This document shows, one piece after another, positions 54,589 to 63,594 of a DNA stretch of 64,000 nt. A program made the translations under genes and the position numbers. Every line of letters begins with the position of its first letter. Position 1 is the first letter of the stretch. This stretch comes from a virus, in IMG/VR virus record IMGVR_UViG_3300017971_000203. One strand, written 5' to 3'. The notes below the pieces were generated by a model. That model made no database searches. It was not told the origin of the DNA and saw only the letters and a list, made by a program, of their open reading frames with translations.

Positions 54589-55325
54589 ACGATCCTCTTG
54601 TAGATGTCTGCGAACTCCCGCTTCGGAACGTGTGCTCGGATGAGCTCTGCCACGCGCAGGATCTCCTCGGCGCGGGCGCTTTTCGAGGGTCTGTCTTCGT
54701 CCCAGGGAACACGCAGGACAAACGTACCAAAGTGCTGGAGCACCTCGGTCATACGCATGATAGCGTTGTGAATGCGGGCGAGGTAGTCGAGGTCGATCTC
54801 GAGCTCACAGGAACGGGTCTTCTGGGCCCCCATCCGGCGTTGAATACGCTGCAGGGACACCTCTGGGGAGATCACGAGGTGCACACAGACATTCGGGTAG
54901 CTCACAAAAGCTGTCATGAGCTCGTAGAGCTCCTTGTAGGACTCGTATTCACGGTCGGGCAAGTAGTCCAGTTGATTCTGCACCTCCGCGAAGGCCACGT
55001 CTCCGTAGAAGCTCCGGTCCAGGATGGCATCCCCCCGCTTGGACTTCACGTGGTAGATGGCATTCAGGTGCATCAACATACGCTGGGTGAGAAGGTGAAA
55101 CTGCATGATAGCGGCCCAGCGCGCTTGTGCAGTGTAGTAGTCCTGCAAATATGGGTTGCCTCCGTTGGCTTCGTCGGGTTCGGTCAGGTAGAGGGACTGG
55201 GGCATGGGACCTTTGTAGGTACCCGGGACAGGCAGTCGCTCGAGGGCGTCGGCTAGTTCAGCGCTGAATTCAGTCTTCCCCACACCGGGGATGCCCTCGA
55301 TGATGACGTGCTTGAAGGTCAACAT
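54585..55325 (-). CDS. Deoxynucleoside kinase
   Basis: IIEGIPGVGKT, EP...NPYL..YY...RWA..Q, LDRSFYGD.AFA, RIQRR..R..E..YL. Confidence 0.88.
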   Translation of the reverse strand: MLTFKHVIIEGIPGVGKTEFSAELADALERLPVPGTYKGPMPQSLYLTEPDEANGGNPYLQDYYTAQARWAAIMQFHLLTQRMLMHLNAIYHVKSKRGDAILDRSFYGDVAFAEVQNQLDYLPDREYESYKELYELMTAFVSYPNVCVHLVISPEVSLQRIQRRMGAQKTRSCELEIDLDYLARIHNAIMRMTEVLQHFGTFVLRVPWDEDRPSKSARAEEILRVAELIRAHVPKREFADIYKRIV

Positions 55326-55327
55326 CT

Positions 55328-56131
55328 CTACTCCTGTGGTGGTTCGAGGTAGGGATCAGGGACGAGCAGAACCGAGGCAGACAGTCTACTCCATGAGCCC
55401 TGGATCGCCAGCAAACACATCTCCGGGGAGTACCAGACTTCCCCGTACTTCTCGACCACGGAGTCAATGGCCTCGAAAGGCAGATAACGTCTGCATCTCC
55501 GCGGCCCCTGGAGCTCTTCTATGAGAGCCCCCTGAGTCGTGGCTTCTGGGTCTCGTGCCCCTTCTCGGCACCAGATGCGTTCGTTCAGACGGATCTCTGT
55601 TGAGACCAGGTAGTGGGCTCTGGAGTCCGACCACCGGGCATCCAGGATGGTCGCTAGCAGAAGCACCTCGAGTTGGTGCTGAACGGTCTCCTGACGGGAG
55701 AGAAATAGAAGGGTCCGCTTCACCCCGGCTTCGAGCTCGGGGAGCTCTTCCCCAATCTTATAGGCGGGCGTATCGGAGAGCCCCGTCCCGTCGAAGAATC
55801 TGAGCGGCTCGGTGAACGTGAAGCGGCTCTCGAGGGAATCGAGGAAGGGTTCTGTCCAGGAGAGCTGCGGCTTCCGTTCTTTCTTCTGCGGGGTTGCTAG
55901 GAGGGGGCGCAGGTCGGTCTCGGTCAGCTCGAACCACTCCCCTCTCGTGCGCTTGTGAGCGAAGTGCTTGTGGAGCTGCTTCTCGAGGTTCTTTCCTCCG
56001 GGGAGGACCCCCAGGAGAGTCAGCTTCCGTGGATTGGCCGTCTGGAGAGCACGAAGACGCTGCTCGACATCCGTGGACGTACCGATCTTGGTGCCCAAGC
56101 CATCAGAGATGAAATAGACAAACTCAGCCAT
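55328..56131 (-). CDS. T5orf172/GIY-YIG-like domain protein
   Basis: FVYFI...KIG.S..VE.RL..LQTANP..L...E..LH..F...R.RGEWF. Confidence 0.85.
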   Translation of the reverse strand: MAEFVYFISDGLGTKIGTSTDVEQRLRALQTANPRKLTLLGVLPGGKNLEKQLHKHFAHKRTRGEWFELTETDLRPLLATPQKKERKPQLSWTEPFLDSLESRFTFTEPLRFFDGTGLSDTPAYKIGEELPELEAGVKRTLLFLSRQETVQHQLEVLLLATILDARWSDSRAHYLVSTEIRLNERIWCREGARDPEATTQGALIEELQGPRRCRRYLPFEAIDSVVEKYGEVWYSPEMCLLAIQGSWSRLSASVLLVPDPYLEPPQE

Positions 56132-56146
56132 GTCGGACCCCCTCGG

Positions 56147-56413
56147 TCAGGAGGTCTTCACTTCCATGGTCTTGCCGGGTCCGACAGGGACTTTCATAGT
56201 CTTTGTCAGAGGCGCCGGCTCGAGCAGACGTTTGAAGACGAAGGAGCGATCCTGGGTGGAGTGTCCACCCTTCACGACAGTCTGAACTGGGCGGCTCATT
56301 TCAACCACTTCCCAGCCCTCGGAGCCGAGCTCGTTCAGTAGAGACGTGAACTGTTCGTCAAGGTGGGCTACAGGAACGCGAAAAGTCTTCACCAGATACT
56401 CGAAGCGTTGCAT
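56147..56413 (-). CDS. DUF4177-like protein
   Basis: FEY......LNELG.EGWEVV...FKR. Confidence 0.7.
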   Translation of the reverse strand: MQRFEYLVKTFRVPVAHLDEQFTSLLNELGSEGWEVVEMSRPVQTVVKGGHSTQDRSFVFKRLLEPAPLTKTMKVPVGPGKTMEVKTS

Positions 56414-56850
56414 CAGGTCCTCGCGGACGCGAACCGAAACTTGTTTCGATCCACTTCCTCACGGTTGATCAGCACCGACCGGGGCGCTGCGAAGCGCAAG
56501 CGCACTGCTTCGGACGTGCGATCGATCGACAGTATGCCGATCTTGATCACCATCACCCCGGAACAGGCCGCGTAGCGCAGGATGTGGTCCTCGTCTTCGA
56601 ACGCTGTGATAGTGAAGGTCTTCCGGCTCAAAGGGCGGACCGCTCCGTCGTCTTCCTCTTCTGACAAGACAGGGTCCATGAGCCGGGGCGTCGTAAACCG
56701 AAGCTGTGCGACGCCCTTGTGTCGATTCGACCGGACCAACTCCACCGTGATGATGTCGTGCTCCCAACTGCAAGTAGGGATCCGAAGGATCACCTTCTCA
56801 CTGGGATACCGTTCGATACTGAGCGCGGGCATTCGTTTGCGTTCTCTCAC
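56413..56850 (-). CDS. Tandem CsrA/RsmA-like RNA-binding protein
   Basis: Repeat 1 MPALSIER..SEKVIL..IITVELV..AQLRF.TPR; repeat 2 ends VRLRFAAPRSVLINREEV (CsrA VRIGI.AP..V.IHREE). Confidence 0.65.
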   Translation of the reverse strand: MRERKRMPALSIERYPSEKVILRIPTCSWEHDIITVELVRSNRHKGVAQLRFTTPRLMDPVLSEEEDDGAVRPLSRKTFTITAFEDEDHILRYAACSGVMVIKIGILSIDRTSEAVRLRFAAPRSVLINREEVDRNKFRFASART

Positions 56851-56903
56851 TTTCCCCTCCTTTGGAAATCAGGCGATGACCGCGCCAAAGCGCAGTCCCT
56901 TCG

Positions 56904-56932
56904 ACGCTATCAAGACGTCTACGGATTGTCAA
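56904..56932 (-). promoter_or_regulatory. Class B promoter
   Basis: TTGACAATCC.., N17, TAGCGT. Confidence 0.7.
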
Positions 56933-57216
56933 CCACTTTCGTGGAGTCTCGGTTCTCCCACGGCTTCGCGGTTGGCGTCCGTTCTCAAGTAATCGTTTCC
57001 GAGGTGTCGGGCAAACTCCCGGGCTCTTCCCGATCCAGGTTCCGCTTTGTCTAGTTCGAGAGCGGCCCAGACCCTCATGGGATGCGGGAGATCGCCGTTT
57101 TCTTTACAGCGTTCTCTATAGGAGCTGTACCAGGCCCGGATTTTTTTGCTCTTGTCTCGTTTCTTTCTCGGACGGTTGCGTGGTCTTCTCTTCCTGTTAC
57201 ATCTGTCCTTCTTCAT
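56929..57216 (-). CDS. Basic hypothetical protein
   Basis: Coupled (ATGA) to the upstream ORF. Confidence 0.5.
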   Translation of the reverse strand: MKKDRCNRKRRPRNRPRKKRDKSKKIRAWYSSYRERCKENGDLPHPMRVWAALELDKAEPGSGRAREFARHLGNDYLRTDANREAVGEPRLHESG

Positions 57217-57854
57217 GCTGTCTCCCGAACGGTGACTCTTCGATTGCAGGCATCCCGGACGATGCGCACAAGGTTCCAGTCGTGCGGAGTCCCCACCAAC
57301 GAATGAAAGAGCAGGGCCCGCACGTCTTCTCGAAGAAGACGCCCGGCCGCTACTTCTTCCTGGATCCGGTTTCCAATGTCGAATGCGAGGTCTTCCACCT
57401 CTTCCGAAGAGAGGCGTTGCCTATTCCGAGACGCCCGTAGGAGCGCCCTGGAGAGCTCCGAGGTCATCTGTCCCAGATACCGCATGTAGTCCAGGTCGAC
57501 ATCTTCGTAATCCCTGCCCCCTATGTAGAGCTCGGTGGCGCCGCTCACGTTCTGAGCTTCCATGTCTGGAAGCACTGTTTCCCCCATGACCTGGTCGTAG
57601 ATTTCTTGGGCGAATTCAAGGTCGCCCTGGATGAGCGTTGCCCTGTAGAGATAGTCTGGCAGGGCCCTGTCTCCCTTCGCGGTCGCTTCCTCCAACATGA
57701 CGCGATAGAGGGGCTTCACTCCTTCCCAGCCCCAGGCCTCGATGGCGTCGGTGTTGTGTCGCAGAAGTTCTTTCTGAGCCCACTCTCTGGCATAGTGGTC
57801 CCCTTCGCAAAGGGCCCGCCGGAGGCGCCCAAGTCGGGCTTTGTCGTCCAACAT
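57213..57854 (-). CDS. Hypothetical protein with GD-helix N-module
   Basis: RLGRLRRALCEGDHYA at the N-terminus. Confidence 0.6.
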   Translation of the reverse strand: MLDDKARLGRLRRALCEGDHYAREWAQKELLRHNTDAIEAWGWEGVKPLYRVMLEEATAKGDRALPDYLYRATLIQGDLEFAQEIYDQVMGETVLPDMEAQNVSGATELYIGGRDYEDVDLDYMRYLGQMTSELSRALLRASRNRQRLSSEEVEDLAFDIGNRIQEEVAAGRLLREDVRALLFHSLVGTPHDWNLVRIVRDACNRRVTVRETA

Positions 57855-58225
57855 CACAGCTTCCTTTCGTCCACGAGGCCACACGCAACCATGAGCTCTA
57901 CTGGGATCTCGTTGTCAACCCGGTGCTCCTGTGCCGGTGCGTCTTTGGTCTCGGAGGGCTTCGGTCGTGGGGGTGGTACGAACTGGTCGACGAGTTGCTC
58001 CCTGGGGATGATGTCAAACCAGTAGTACCCCTTCCGGTCCCTGATGCGCCCGGTCCACTGGGTGCCGTAGGGGTCCTCGATTGTCCAGACCCCCTTGCGG
58101 GACCACCGCTTCGCAATGTGGATGGCCTGAAACTCATGGATCCAGATGTCTCCAGGAATGAGCTCCGTGTACGTGATGCGCTCCGTGTAGAGCATCGGGA
58201 GCAGCTCCTCGATGCGCATACTCAT
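57854..58225 (-). CDS. Hypothetical protein
   Basis: Start MSMRIE after a GAGGTG SD. Confidence 0.55.
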   Translation of the reverse strand: MSMRIEELLPMLYTERITYTELIPGDIWIHEFQAIHIAKRWSRKGVWTIEDPYGTQWTGRIRDRKGYYWFDIIPREQLVDQFVPPPRPKPSETKDAPAQEHRVDNEIPVELMVACGLVDERKL

Positions 58226-58422
58226 CAGATCACCTCGTAGAGCAGGAACAGCAAAGCCAAAATCACTGCCGCCCCAAGAATACTCAGTACGATGTCCTTC
58301 AGCATGACAACCCCCGAAAGAGGTCTCCCAGGGATACGCCAACGACACAGAAGGTCGGTACGGAGGGCGAGGTGGAAGCACAAACTCTCCGTATGGATGC
58401 GCTCCCTGGGAGACCTGTCCTG

Positions 58423-58451
58423 ACCTTATACGGTTATGTGCGGATTGTCAA
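58423..58451 (-). promoter_or_regulatory. Class B promoter
   Basis: TTGACAATCC.., N17, TAAGGT. Confidence 0.6.
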
Positions 58452-59209
58452 GCACCTTCTGGCGGGTTGTTGTGGGTGTGATCGCGCTCCTCGTCTCTCA
58501 GAGCGAACCAGCAGTCCATGATGTAGGCGCCTTCGGTCTCATCGTCGAAGACCCCCTGTGGAAACGTGTCCGGGCACCGGTCCACCTCTTTGGTTGAGTA
58601 CTCCAGGAAGTCCCGTGTCCTCGGGTCGTGAGGGAGATCCTTCACGAAACGTTCGTTGTGGCCCCAACCCTCTCGAGCGGCGCGATCGAGCCTCGCCCGG
58701 TCCCCGGTGCGGGGCACAGAGGGCGCTCCAGCGGTCAAGCAGCGCTCGACCTCTTCGCCTTTATCGTTGAGCAGGCGGTACGCGCGCGTGCGCGGGAGGA
58801 GGCTCCTGAGCCCGTCGTAGTAGCCCTGTGCGTAGGACTTCCGGCCGGCGGCGCCCACGATGTCCATCCACTTCTGAGCGCCTGGCAACCATGCTTGCAC
58901 TTGCCACATACCTGTCATGGTTTCGAACTCCTCTAGGAGCACATCCCGTCTTGCGAGAGCGGGCAGGACGAGCTCTTCTACGGCAGATTGGAAGGCGCCT
59001 CGCAGACCGTCAGCGCGACTGTAAACGTCTTGGCACAACGAAGCCGGATCCCCAAAGTCGAGGACCGCTCGCCACTGATCAGACGGCTCTCCCCAGAGAG
59101 GGTGCATGGAGAGGATGAACCGGAGATCCCCCGCTCTCCCGTGGCGCATGTAGTCGCACTCGAAGTCTTTCCAGGACGAAAACCACACCAGCTTCTTCGG
59201 TCTTGCCAT
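58448..59209 (-). CDS. Hypothetical protein
   Basis: 253-aa packed ORF. Confidence 0.6.
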   Translation of the reverse strand: MARPKKLVWFSSWKDFECDYMRHGRAGDLRFILSMHPLWGEPSDQWRAVLDFGDPASLCQDVYSRADGLRGAFQSAVEELVLPALARRDVLLEEFETMTGMWQVQAWLPGAQKWMDIVGAAGRKSYAQGYYDGLRSLLPRTRAYRLLNDKGEEVERCLTAGAPSVPRTGDRARLDRAAREGWGHNERFVKDLPHDPRTRDFLEYSTKEVDRCPDTFPQGVFDDETEGAYIMDCWFALRDEERDHTHNNPPEGA

Positions 59210-59221
59210 GCACGCGCCTGA

Positions 59222-59509
59222 TCAGTGGACGGTTCCACCGGAATCGTCCTTGGCAAACAAAGAAACGGCCTCGGTCAGCTGCTGGGCGTCCAGGAAAACA
59301 CGCAGGAGCGCCTTGTACTGTTCTTCCGGTATGAGGTTCTTCAGCTCCGACTCGACACTGGTGGACAGGGTCCGAAGCGCGATGGCGCTGCCTACGAGCA
59401 CGATCGGCCACGGGATTCCTCTCTTCAAAAGCTGTTCGACAAACTCCTGATGGCACGCTGTGAAGGCTTTCATAACGGCCTGCATTTCGTGCTTCTCTTC
59501 CGGTGTCAT
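59222..59509 (-). CDS. Hypothetical protein
   Basis: Start MTPEEK after GAGGGGG. Confidence 0.55.
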   Translation of the reverse strand: MTPEEKHEMQAVMKAFTACHQEFVEQLLKRGIPWPIVLVGSAIALRTLSTSVESELKNLIPEEQYKALLRVFLDAQQLTEAVSLFAKDDSGGTVH

Positions 59510-59517
59510 GAGCCCCC

Positions 59518-59742
59518 TCAGTCGAAGACCGGTTCGATCTCGTCCGGCTTTGCAAAGACCCGGCTCAGGTGAGGTCCCTGGGTGAGAACCACCCAGGGAG
59601 TGCCCTCCCGGTTCGGGCTGGCATACCGAGCATGGAGGACTTTCCACACGCGCCCCTGGTACTTCACATGGAGAAGCGGCAACCCGTGCTGTTCGGGATT
59701 GTCCACGATCTCTATGGTCTTCGGCTTCTCGTCTTCTACCAT
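59518..59742 (-). CDS. Hypothetical protein
   Basis: Start MVEDEK overlapping the upstream stop. Confidence 0.5.
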   Translation of the reverse strand: MVEDEKPKTIEIVDNPEQHGLPLLHVKYQGRVWKVLHARYASPNREGTPWVVLTQGPHLSRVFAKPDEIEPVFD

Positions 59743-60266
59743 GGGTACGGCTCCAGGACTTCGGCGTCTTCGTAGTTCTCGTGCCTCTTTTCGATCTCCC
59801 GCTCCTGCTCCTGGGCTTTCTCGAGACACTTTCTCGAGCAGACAGCGTCGCGTCCGGTCCACTGGCTATTGTGCCAGAGCGGCCACTCGTTCTCACAGGC
59901 ATCGATGTGCTTGCGGCAGACCGTGCAGGAGCCCACGACGTTGGGCACGAAGTCCTTGCACAAGAAGGCGAGGGCGCGATTGTATGCGGACTCATTGTCC
60001 CAGGATTTCACCATCCCTTCAACGAACATCATGAGCTCTTCGAACTCATCCGAAGCGTCGTCGTCACGGTCGAGGTCACAGTAGCAGTGGTAGGGCACTG
60101 CAGGGGACCACGGGTCTTCCTGGTAGCCGCCGTCGTGCGCCGCATGAACGCACTGCTTACAAGAGCGGCAGTCACCCTTGCGCCGGAGCTTCTTCTGGAG
60201 CTCCTCGAGCGCGACACCGTCCCCGAGAAGAACGAGTTTGCGAAGTCTATCATGGTCCTGCTGCAT
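59736..60266 (-). CDS. Cys-rich protein with GD-helix N-module
   Basis: DRLRKLVLLGDGVA N-terminus, multiple CxxC, leader motif. Confidence 0.65.
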   Translation of the reverse strand: MQQDHDRLRKLVLLGDGVALEELQKKLRRKGDCRSCKQCVHAAHDGGYQEDPWSPAVPYHCYCDLDRDDDASDEFEELMMFVEGMVKSWDNESAYNRALAFLCKDFVPNVVGSCTVCRKHIDACENEWPLWHNSQWTGRDAVCSRKCLEKAQEQEREIEKRHENYEDAEVLEPYPW

Positions 60267-60305
60267 CGCCCCCTCCGTTGGTGGCAGCCTCTGGGAACTG
60301 TTCGT

Positions 60306-60334
60306 ACCTTATCAGGACACCGAAGGATTGTCAA
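60306..60334 (-). promoter_or_regulatory. Class B promoter
   Basis: TTGACAATCC.., N17, TAAGGT. Confidence 0.65.
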
Positions 60335-60510
60335 GAACCCTTTCGAAAGAGGCCTTCTCTCAGCTCACCCAGGATCTCGGCGGCCTGGGAGTAGAGGTCG
60401 TCGGTGGGGGTCTTGTCGGAGTGGAGCTGTGCCGGCTCGGACTCGGTGCCCCAGCGCTCCAACCCCTGGGTCTCCCGGACGTCTTCGATGAGTTGTTGGA
60501 TTCGGCTCAT
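60331..60510 (-). CDS. Small hypothetical protein
   Basis: GGGAGAG SD before MSRIQ. Confidence 0.5.
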   Translation of the reverse strand: MSRIQQLIEDVRETQGLERWGTESEPAQLHSDKTPTDDLYSQAAEILGELREGLFRKGS

Positions 60511-60637
60511 GGTCTCTCCCTTCAACGTGGGCTACTTCAGAACATGCTCTCTCCACCCTACCGGAGGGGCCTGCGGCGCGTCCAGTCTCCCCAATCTTTA
60601 GCGCGCGCATGTGCGCCCGGCGTGCGGGCGTGAGGGT

Positions 60638-60662
60638 CGAACGATCGTTTTACGATCGTTCG
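60638..60662. repeat. Perfect 11-bp inverted repeat (terminator or binding site)
   Basis: CGAACGATCGT-TTT-ACGATCGTTCG at the end of an operon. Confidence 0.55.
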
Positions 60663-60997
60663 GCTTCGGACTGGAAGCCGCCTTCCGCCTCCCAGTTCCG
60701 AGCTTCTTGTTTGGCCTCCGTAGCCCGAGCTCTCTCTTCGGCTTTGCGCACCCATACGACCAGCTCTCGGACAGAGTCCCGGGTCAGTTCTTCGAGGACC
60801 AGCTGGGCGAAGCCGCCATCTTCGTAGGGACCGGCCACGAAGACGGCTTCGCACCCGTCACGTTCGACCCTGATGACCGCCTTCTCTTCTCCGAACTGCA
60901 TCTGGCGGAAGATGGTGAGTGCGTAGAACGTCTCATCAGGTATGAAGAGAGCGGTTCCCTCTCCGATAATCACGGTTCGTTCGGCTGTGTCTGGCAT
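60650..60997 (-). CDS. Hypothetical protein
   Basis: Start MPDTAE after AAGGAG. Confidence 0.55.
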   Translation of the reverse strand: MPDTAERTVIIGEGTALFIPDETFYALTIFRQMQFGEEKAVIRVERDGCEAVFVAGPYEDGGFAQLVLEELTRDSVRELVVWVRKAEERARATEAKQEARNWEAEGGFQSEAERS

Positions 60998-61491
60998 GTT
61001 CCATCTCCTTGTAGCATTTGAATGGCCTTTCGGACGTGCTTGTCCTCGAGCCCTTTTTCCAGGCTGGTCTGTACAAGGCCCCTGCCCACAGGCCTCATGT
61101 CGCTGCCATCGTCGAGGATGACGAAGTGCGTCACCTCGGGGTGCAGCTCCAGCCACTCTCTGATTTCGTCGCCCCTTTGGCGGCTGACCATGGTGGGGTC
61201 GTTCCCGGTGCGTCCGATGATTTCCCCGGTGACACCGATCCCCTTGAGAATACCCTTGAGCGCTTCGTGCTCGTGGAAGAGCCGCCAGGCACTGGAGATG
61301 ACGATCTTTGCTCCGGTGGTGTTCGTGATCCGGTTCAACAGAGGAACGTGACGCACATCCAGCTCCCGTTCGGGGTGGTCGTTGAAGGTCTCCCAAAAGT
61401 CGTCCCGCTGGTTCGGATACTCCCGCTCGAGGCGCCGCCACATCTGCATGCTGTTGAGCACCCCGTCGATGTCCAGGAAGAGCACTTTCAC
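60970..61491 (-). CDS. HAD-family protein (Swiss-Army-Knife RNA-repair type)
   Basis: KVLFLDIDGVLN, IVISSAWR, RGDEI..WL, FVILDD, VQT...GL. Confidence 0.85.
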   Translation of the reverse strand: MKVLFLDIDGVLNSMQMWRRLEREYPNQRDDFWETFNDHPERELDVRHVPLLNRITNTTGAKIVISSAWRLFHEHEALKGILKGIGVTGEIIGRTGNDPTMVSRQRGDEIREWLELHPEVTHFVILDDGSDMRPVGRGLVQTSLEKGLEDKHVRKAIQMLQGDGTCQTQPNEP

Positions 61492-61624
61492 TTTTTCCTC
61501 CGTTTGCGCTTCCGGCGGCGAGCCGCCCGGGACGGGAACTTCAGCTGGAAGATCACGCACGCGCCCGCGCGGGTGAGACCGCACTGGTAGGTCTCTTTGA
61601 AGAACCACCCTTTCCTGCGGTCGC

Positions 61625-62086
61625 TCACGTCTTTTCCTGCTCCCGGATGGCCTTGATGGTGCTCTCGATGTGCTCTTCGATCAGGCGGTCGTAGACCAGT
61701 CGGGCAGTGTCCCCGACAGCGCTCCAGGAGCACGTGGGACAGTAGAGAGTGTAGTTGTCGTGAGGTTGGCTCTCTTCCATGACTCCCTTGCACCTGGGAC
61801 AACGCCGGAGCAGGAAGTCCCGCTCGTAGGCGCAGTCCACGAAGCCCTTGTTGGCCAGGACCGACACGATGCTGAGGTGCAGCTTCTTGACGAGCCCGTT
61901 GGGGACGGATTCCTCGAAGAGAAAGGTCTCCCCGGCGTTGACCACATGGAGCACGATGTCCTTGGCCTCTTCCAGGTCGGAGGCCCGTACTTCAATGCGG
62001 AAGACCCCGCCCCTGGGAATGAACACCGCGCTGTTGTAATCCGTGCGGATCACGGTGTAGGGCTCTTTCTCGGCTGTCATCTTCAT
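61625..62086 (-). CDS. Zinc-ribbon hypothetical protein
   Basis: CPRC...YCPTC. Confidence 0.6.
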   Translation of the reverse strand: MKMTAEKEPYTVIRTDYNSAVFIPRGGVFRIEVRASDLEEAKDIVLHVVNAGETFLFEESVPNGLVKKLHLSIVSVLANKGFVDCAYERDFLLRRCPRCKGVMEESQPHDNYTLYCPTCSWSAVGDTARLVYDRLIEEHIESTIKAIREQEKT

Positions 62087-62391
62087 GGTTCACCTCCTCT
62101 CGATTCCGAGAGGTTGGGCGGCTTCGTAGCCGTCACGTGTGTTCCGCATTTCCAGCAGTACTGGAAGTCTCGAGGGCTGCCGTTGCTCAACCACGCGAAC
62201 TCCAGCACCACGCCGCAGTCCGGGCAGGGCTTTCCTGACACCCCCGAACTGTACTGGTAGCGCAAACGCTCCGCGCCGTCCTTCAGGGCCCTCCTGACTG
62301 TGGAGCTCCGGCTCGCCCCCATGGCCGCTGCGAGGGCGTCCAGGGCGTCCAGGAACTCGTCCTCGACCACGATGTGGATGCGCTTGCTCAT
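62083..62391 (-). CDS. CopG/RHH plus zinc-ribbon protein
   Basis: KRIHIVVEDEFLDALDALA...SRSSTVRRAL; CPDC..CWKC. Confidence 0.7.
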   Translation of the reverse strand: MSKRIHIVVEDEFLDALDALAAAMGASRSSTVRRALKDGAERLRYQYSSGVSGKPCPDCGVVLEFAWLSNGSPRDFQYCWKCGTHVTATKPPNLSESRGGEP

Positions 62392-62711
62392 GGTTCCTCC
62401 TTCTCTACCCAGGGCGTCCAGATGTGCGGCGGCAGCCGGTGTGCGAGCTCGTAAGGCTTCTGCATCGTCAGGATGATCAGACGCCCGGAGAGGTGGTGGA
62501 GATAGACCGCCAGGCGGCGCAAGAAGAACTTCGTACCGGCCCGCAAGAGGCCTCTCGTGACGATGTACTTGAGCGGACGACACACGTACTTGGGGGGCAC
62601 TCCGTTCAAGATGAGCACTTTCGGCCGCTTCCCCATGCGCCTCTCCATGCACTTGGCACACGCACAGGGGGCGTCTCTCGAGCGCTCCGTGTGGACGTAC
62701 TCGATTTTCAT
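62388..62711 (-). CDS. Hypothetical protein
   Basis: Coupled start MKIEYV. Confidence 0.5.
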   Translation of the reverse strand: MKIEYVHTERSRDAPCACAKCMERRMGKRPKVLILNGVPPKYVCRPLKYIVTRGLLRAGTKFFLRRLAVYLHHLSGRLIILTMQKPYELAHRLPPHIWTPWVEKEEP

Positions 62712-63082
62712 GGCTTCGTGTCCTTGCAGTCGGGGTTGACGGCGTCGAACTTGATCACCTGACCCCCTGGATAGGTAAGCGTGACCTCCATGGACGGAGC
62801 GGGCCCGACCGGGTACCCGTCCAGCGTGACATACGTGACGTAGAGTCGGTTCTCCTCCGTCTGCGCTGCCAGGACGCAATAGCGGGCGTTGTACGGCTTA
62901 ACGTGGATGTAGGCGTCGCCAAGGTCCACAGCCATACCGTCCGCTTCGACCACCGAGATGGTCGCGTGTCCTGATTGCTTCTCCCGGTTGTTGCGCTTCC
63001 GCACACGATCGAGCTCCCACTGGGCAGAAAAGTCGCCGCCTTCGGCCAGCTTCCGCAGTCGTGCGAAGTCGTTGAACTTCAT
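62708..63082 (-). CDS. Hypothetical protein with GD-helix N-module
   Basis: ARLRKLAEGGDFSAQWEL. Confidence 0.6.
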   Translation of the reverse strand: MKFNDFARLRKLAEGGDFSAQWELDRVRKRNNREKQSGHATISVVEADGMAVDLGDAYIHVKPYNARYCVLAAQTEENRLYVTYVTLDGYPVGPAPSMEVTLTYPGGQVIKFDAVNPDCKDTKP

Positions 63083-63594
63083 GTTTCAAGCTCTCGAAGT
63101 CGGAGGGGGTTGGTTTCGACTCTCTTCATGCCTTCCAGGAGCAGGTCCCGGAGCGCGTCGTACATCTCACTGTCCCGTTCCTGGAGCGCGTGCAGACAAC
63201 GCTTGCAGGGAGGTCTCTGGCCCTCCTTGGGCTCCCTCCCGGTACCCTTCCACCACGGCCAGCTCATGTCTGCGGGGACGAAGTGAATCCACTCCCCGTT
63301 GATGGGATCTCTCCTACACATCGTGAGGTGCTTTCCGCCGATATCGCACAGGTGTCGGGAGTGGTTGGATCGTCCGATCCACTTCAACTTCAGGCCCCGT
63401 TCCCAGGTCGCGTAGTGCACGAGGACCTCCCGGATTGCCATGGCCGAAGTGGCCAGGTCAGTCATCGCTCGGTCCAGGGAAGCCAGGGCGACCTCGTTCA
63501 CCTGGCCCCTGCGCACGAGCGTGATCAACCTGTAGGCCGCTTCCACATCCCCTTGCTTGGCCAATTCGAGCAGTCTCTCGTGCTCTCTCTTCAT
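63079..63594 (-). CDS. Hypothetical protein with GD-helix N-module and His/Cys motif
   Basis: ERLLELAKQGDVEAAYRL; H..TMC..CKRC. Confidence 0.6.
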   Translation of the reverse strand: MKREHERLLELAKQGDVEAAYRLITLVRRGQVNEVALASLDRAMTDLATSAMAIREVLVHYATWERGLKLKWIGRSNHSRHLCDIGGKHLTMCRRDPINGEWIHFVPADMSWPWWKGTGREPKEGQRPPCKRCLHALQERDSEMYDALRDLLLEGMKRVETNPLRLRELET

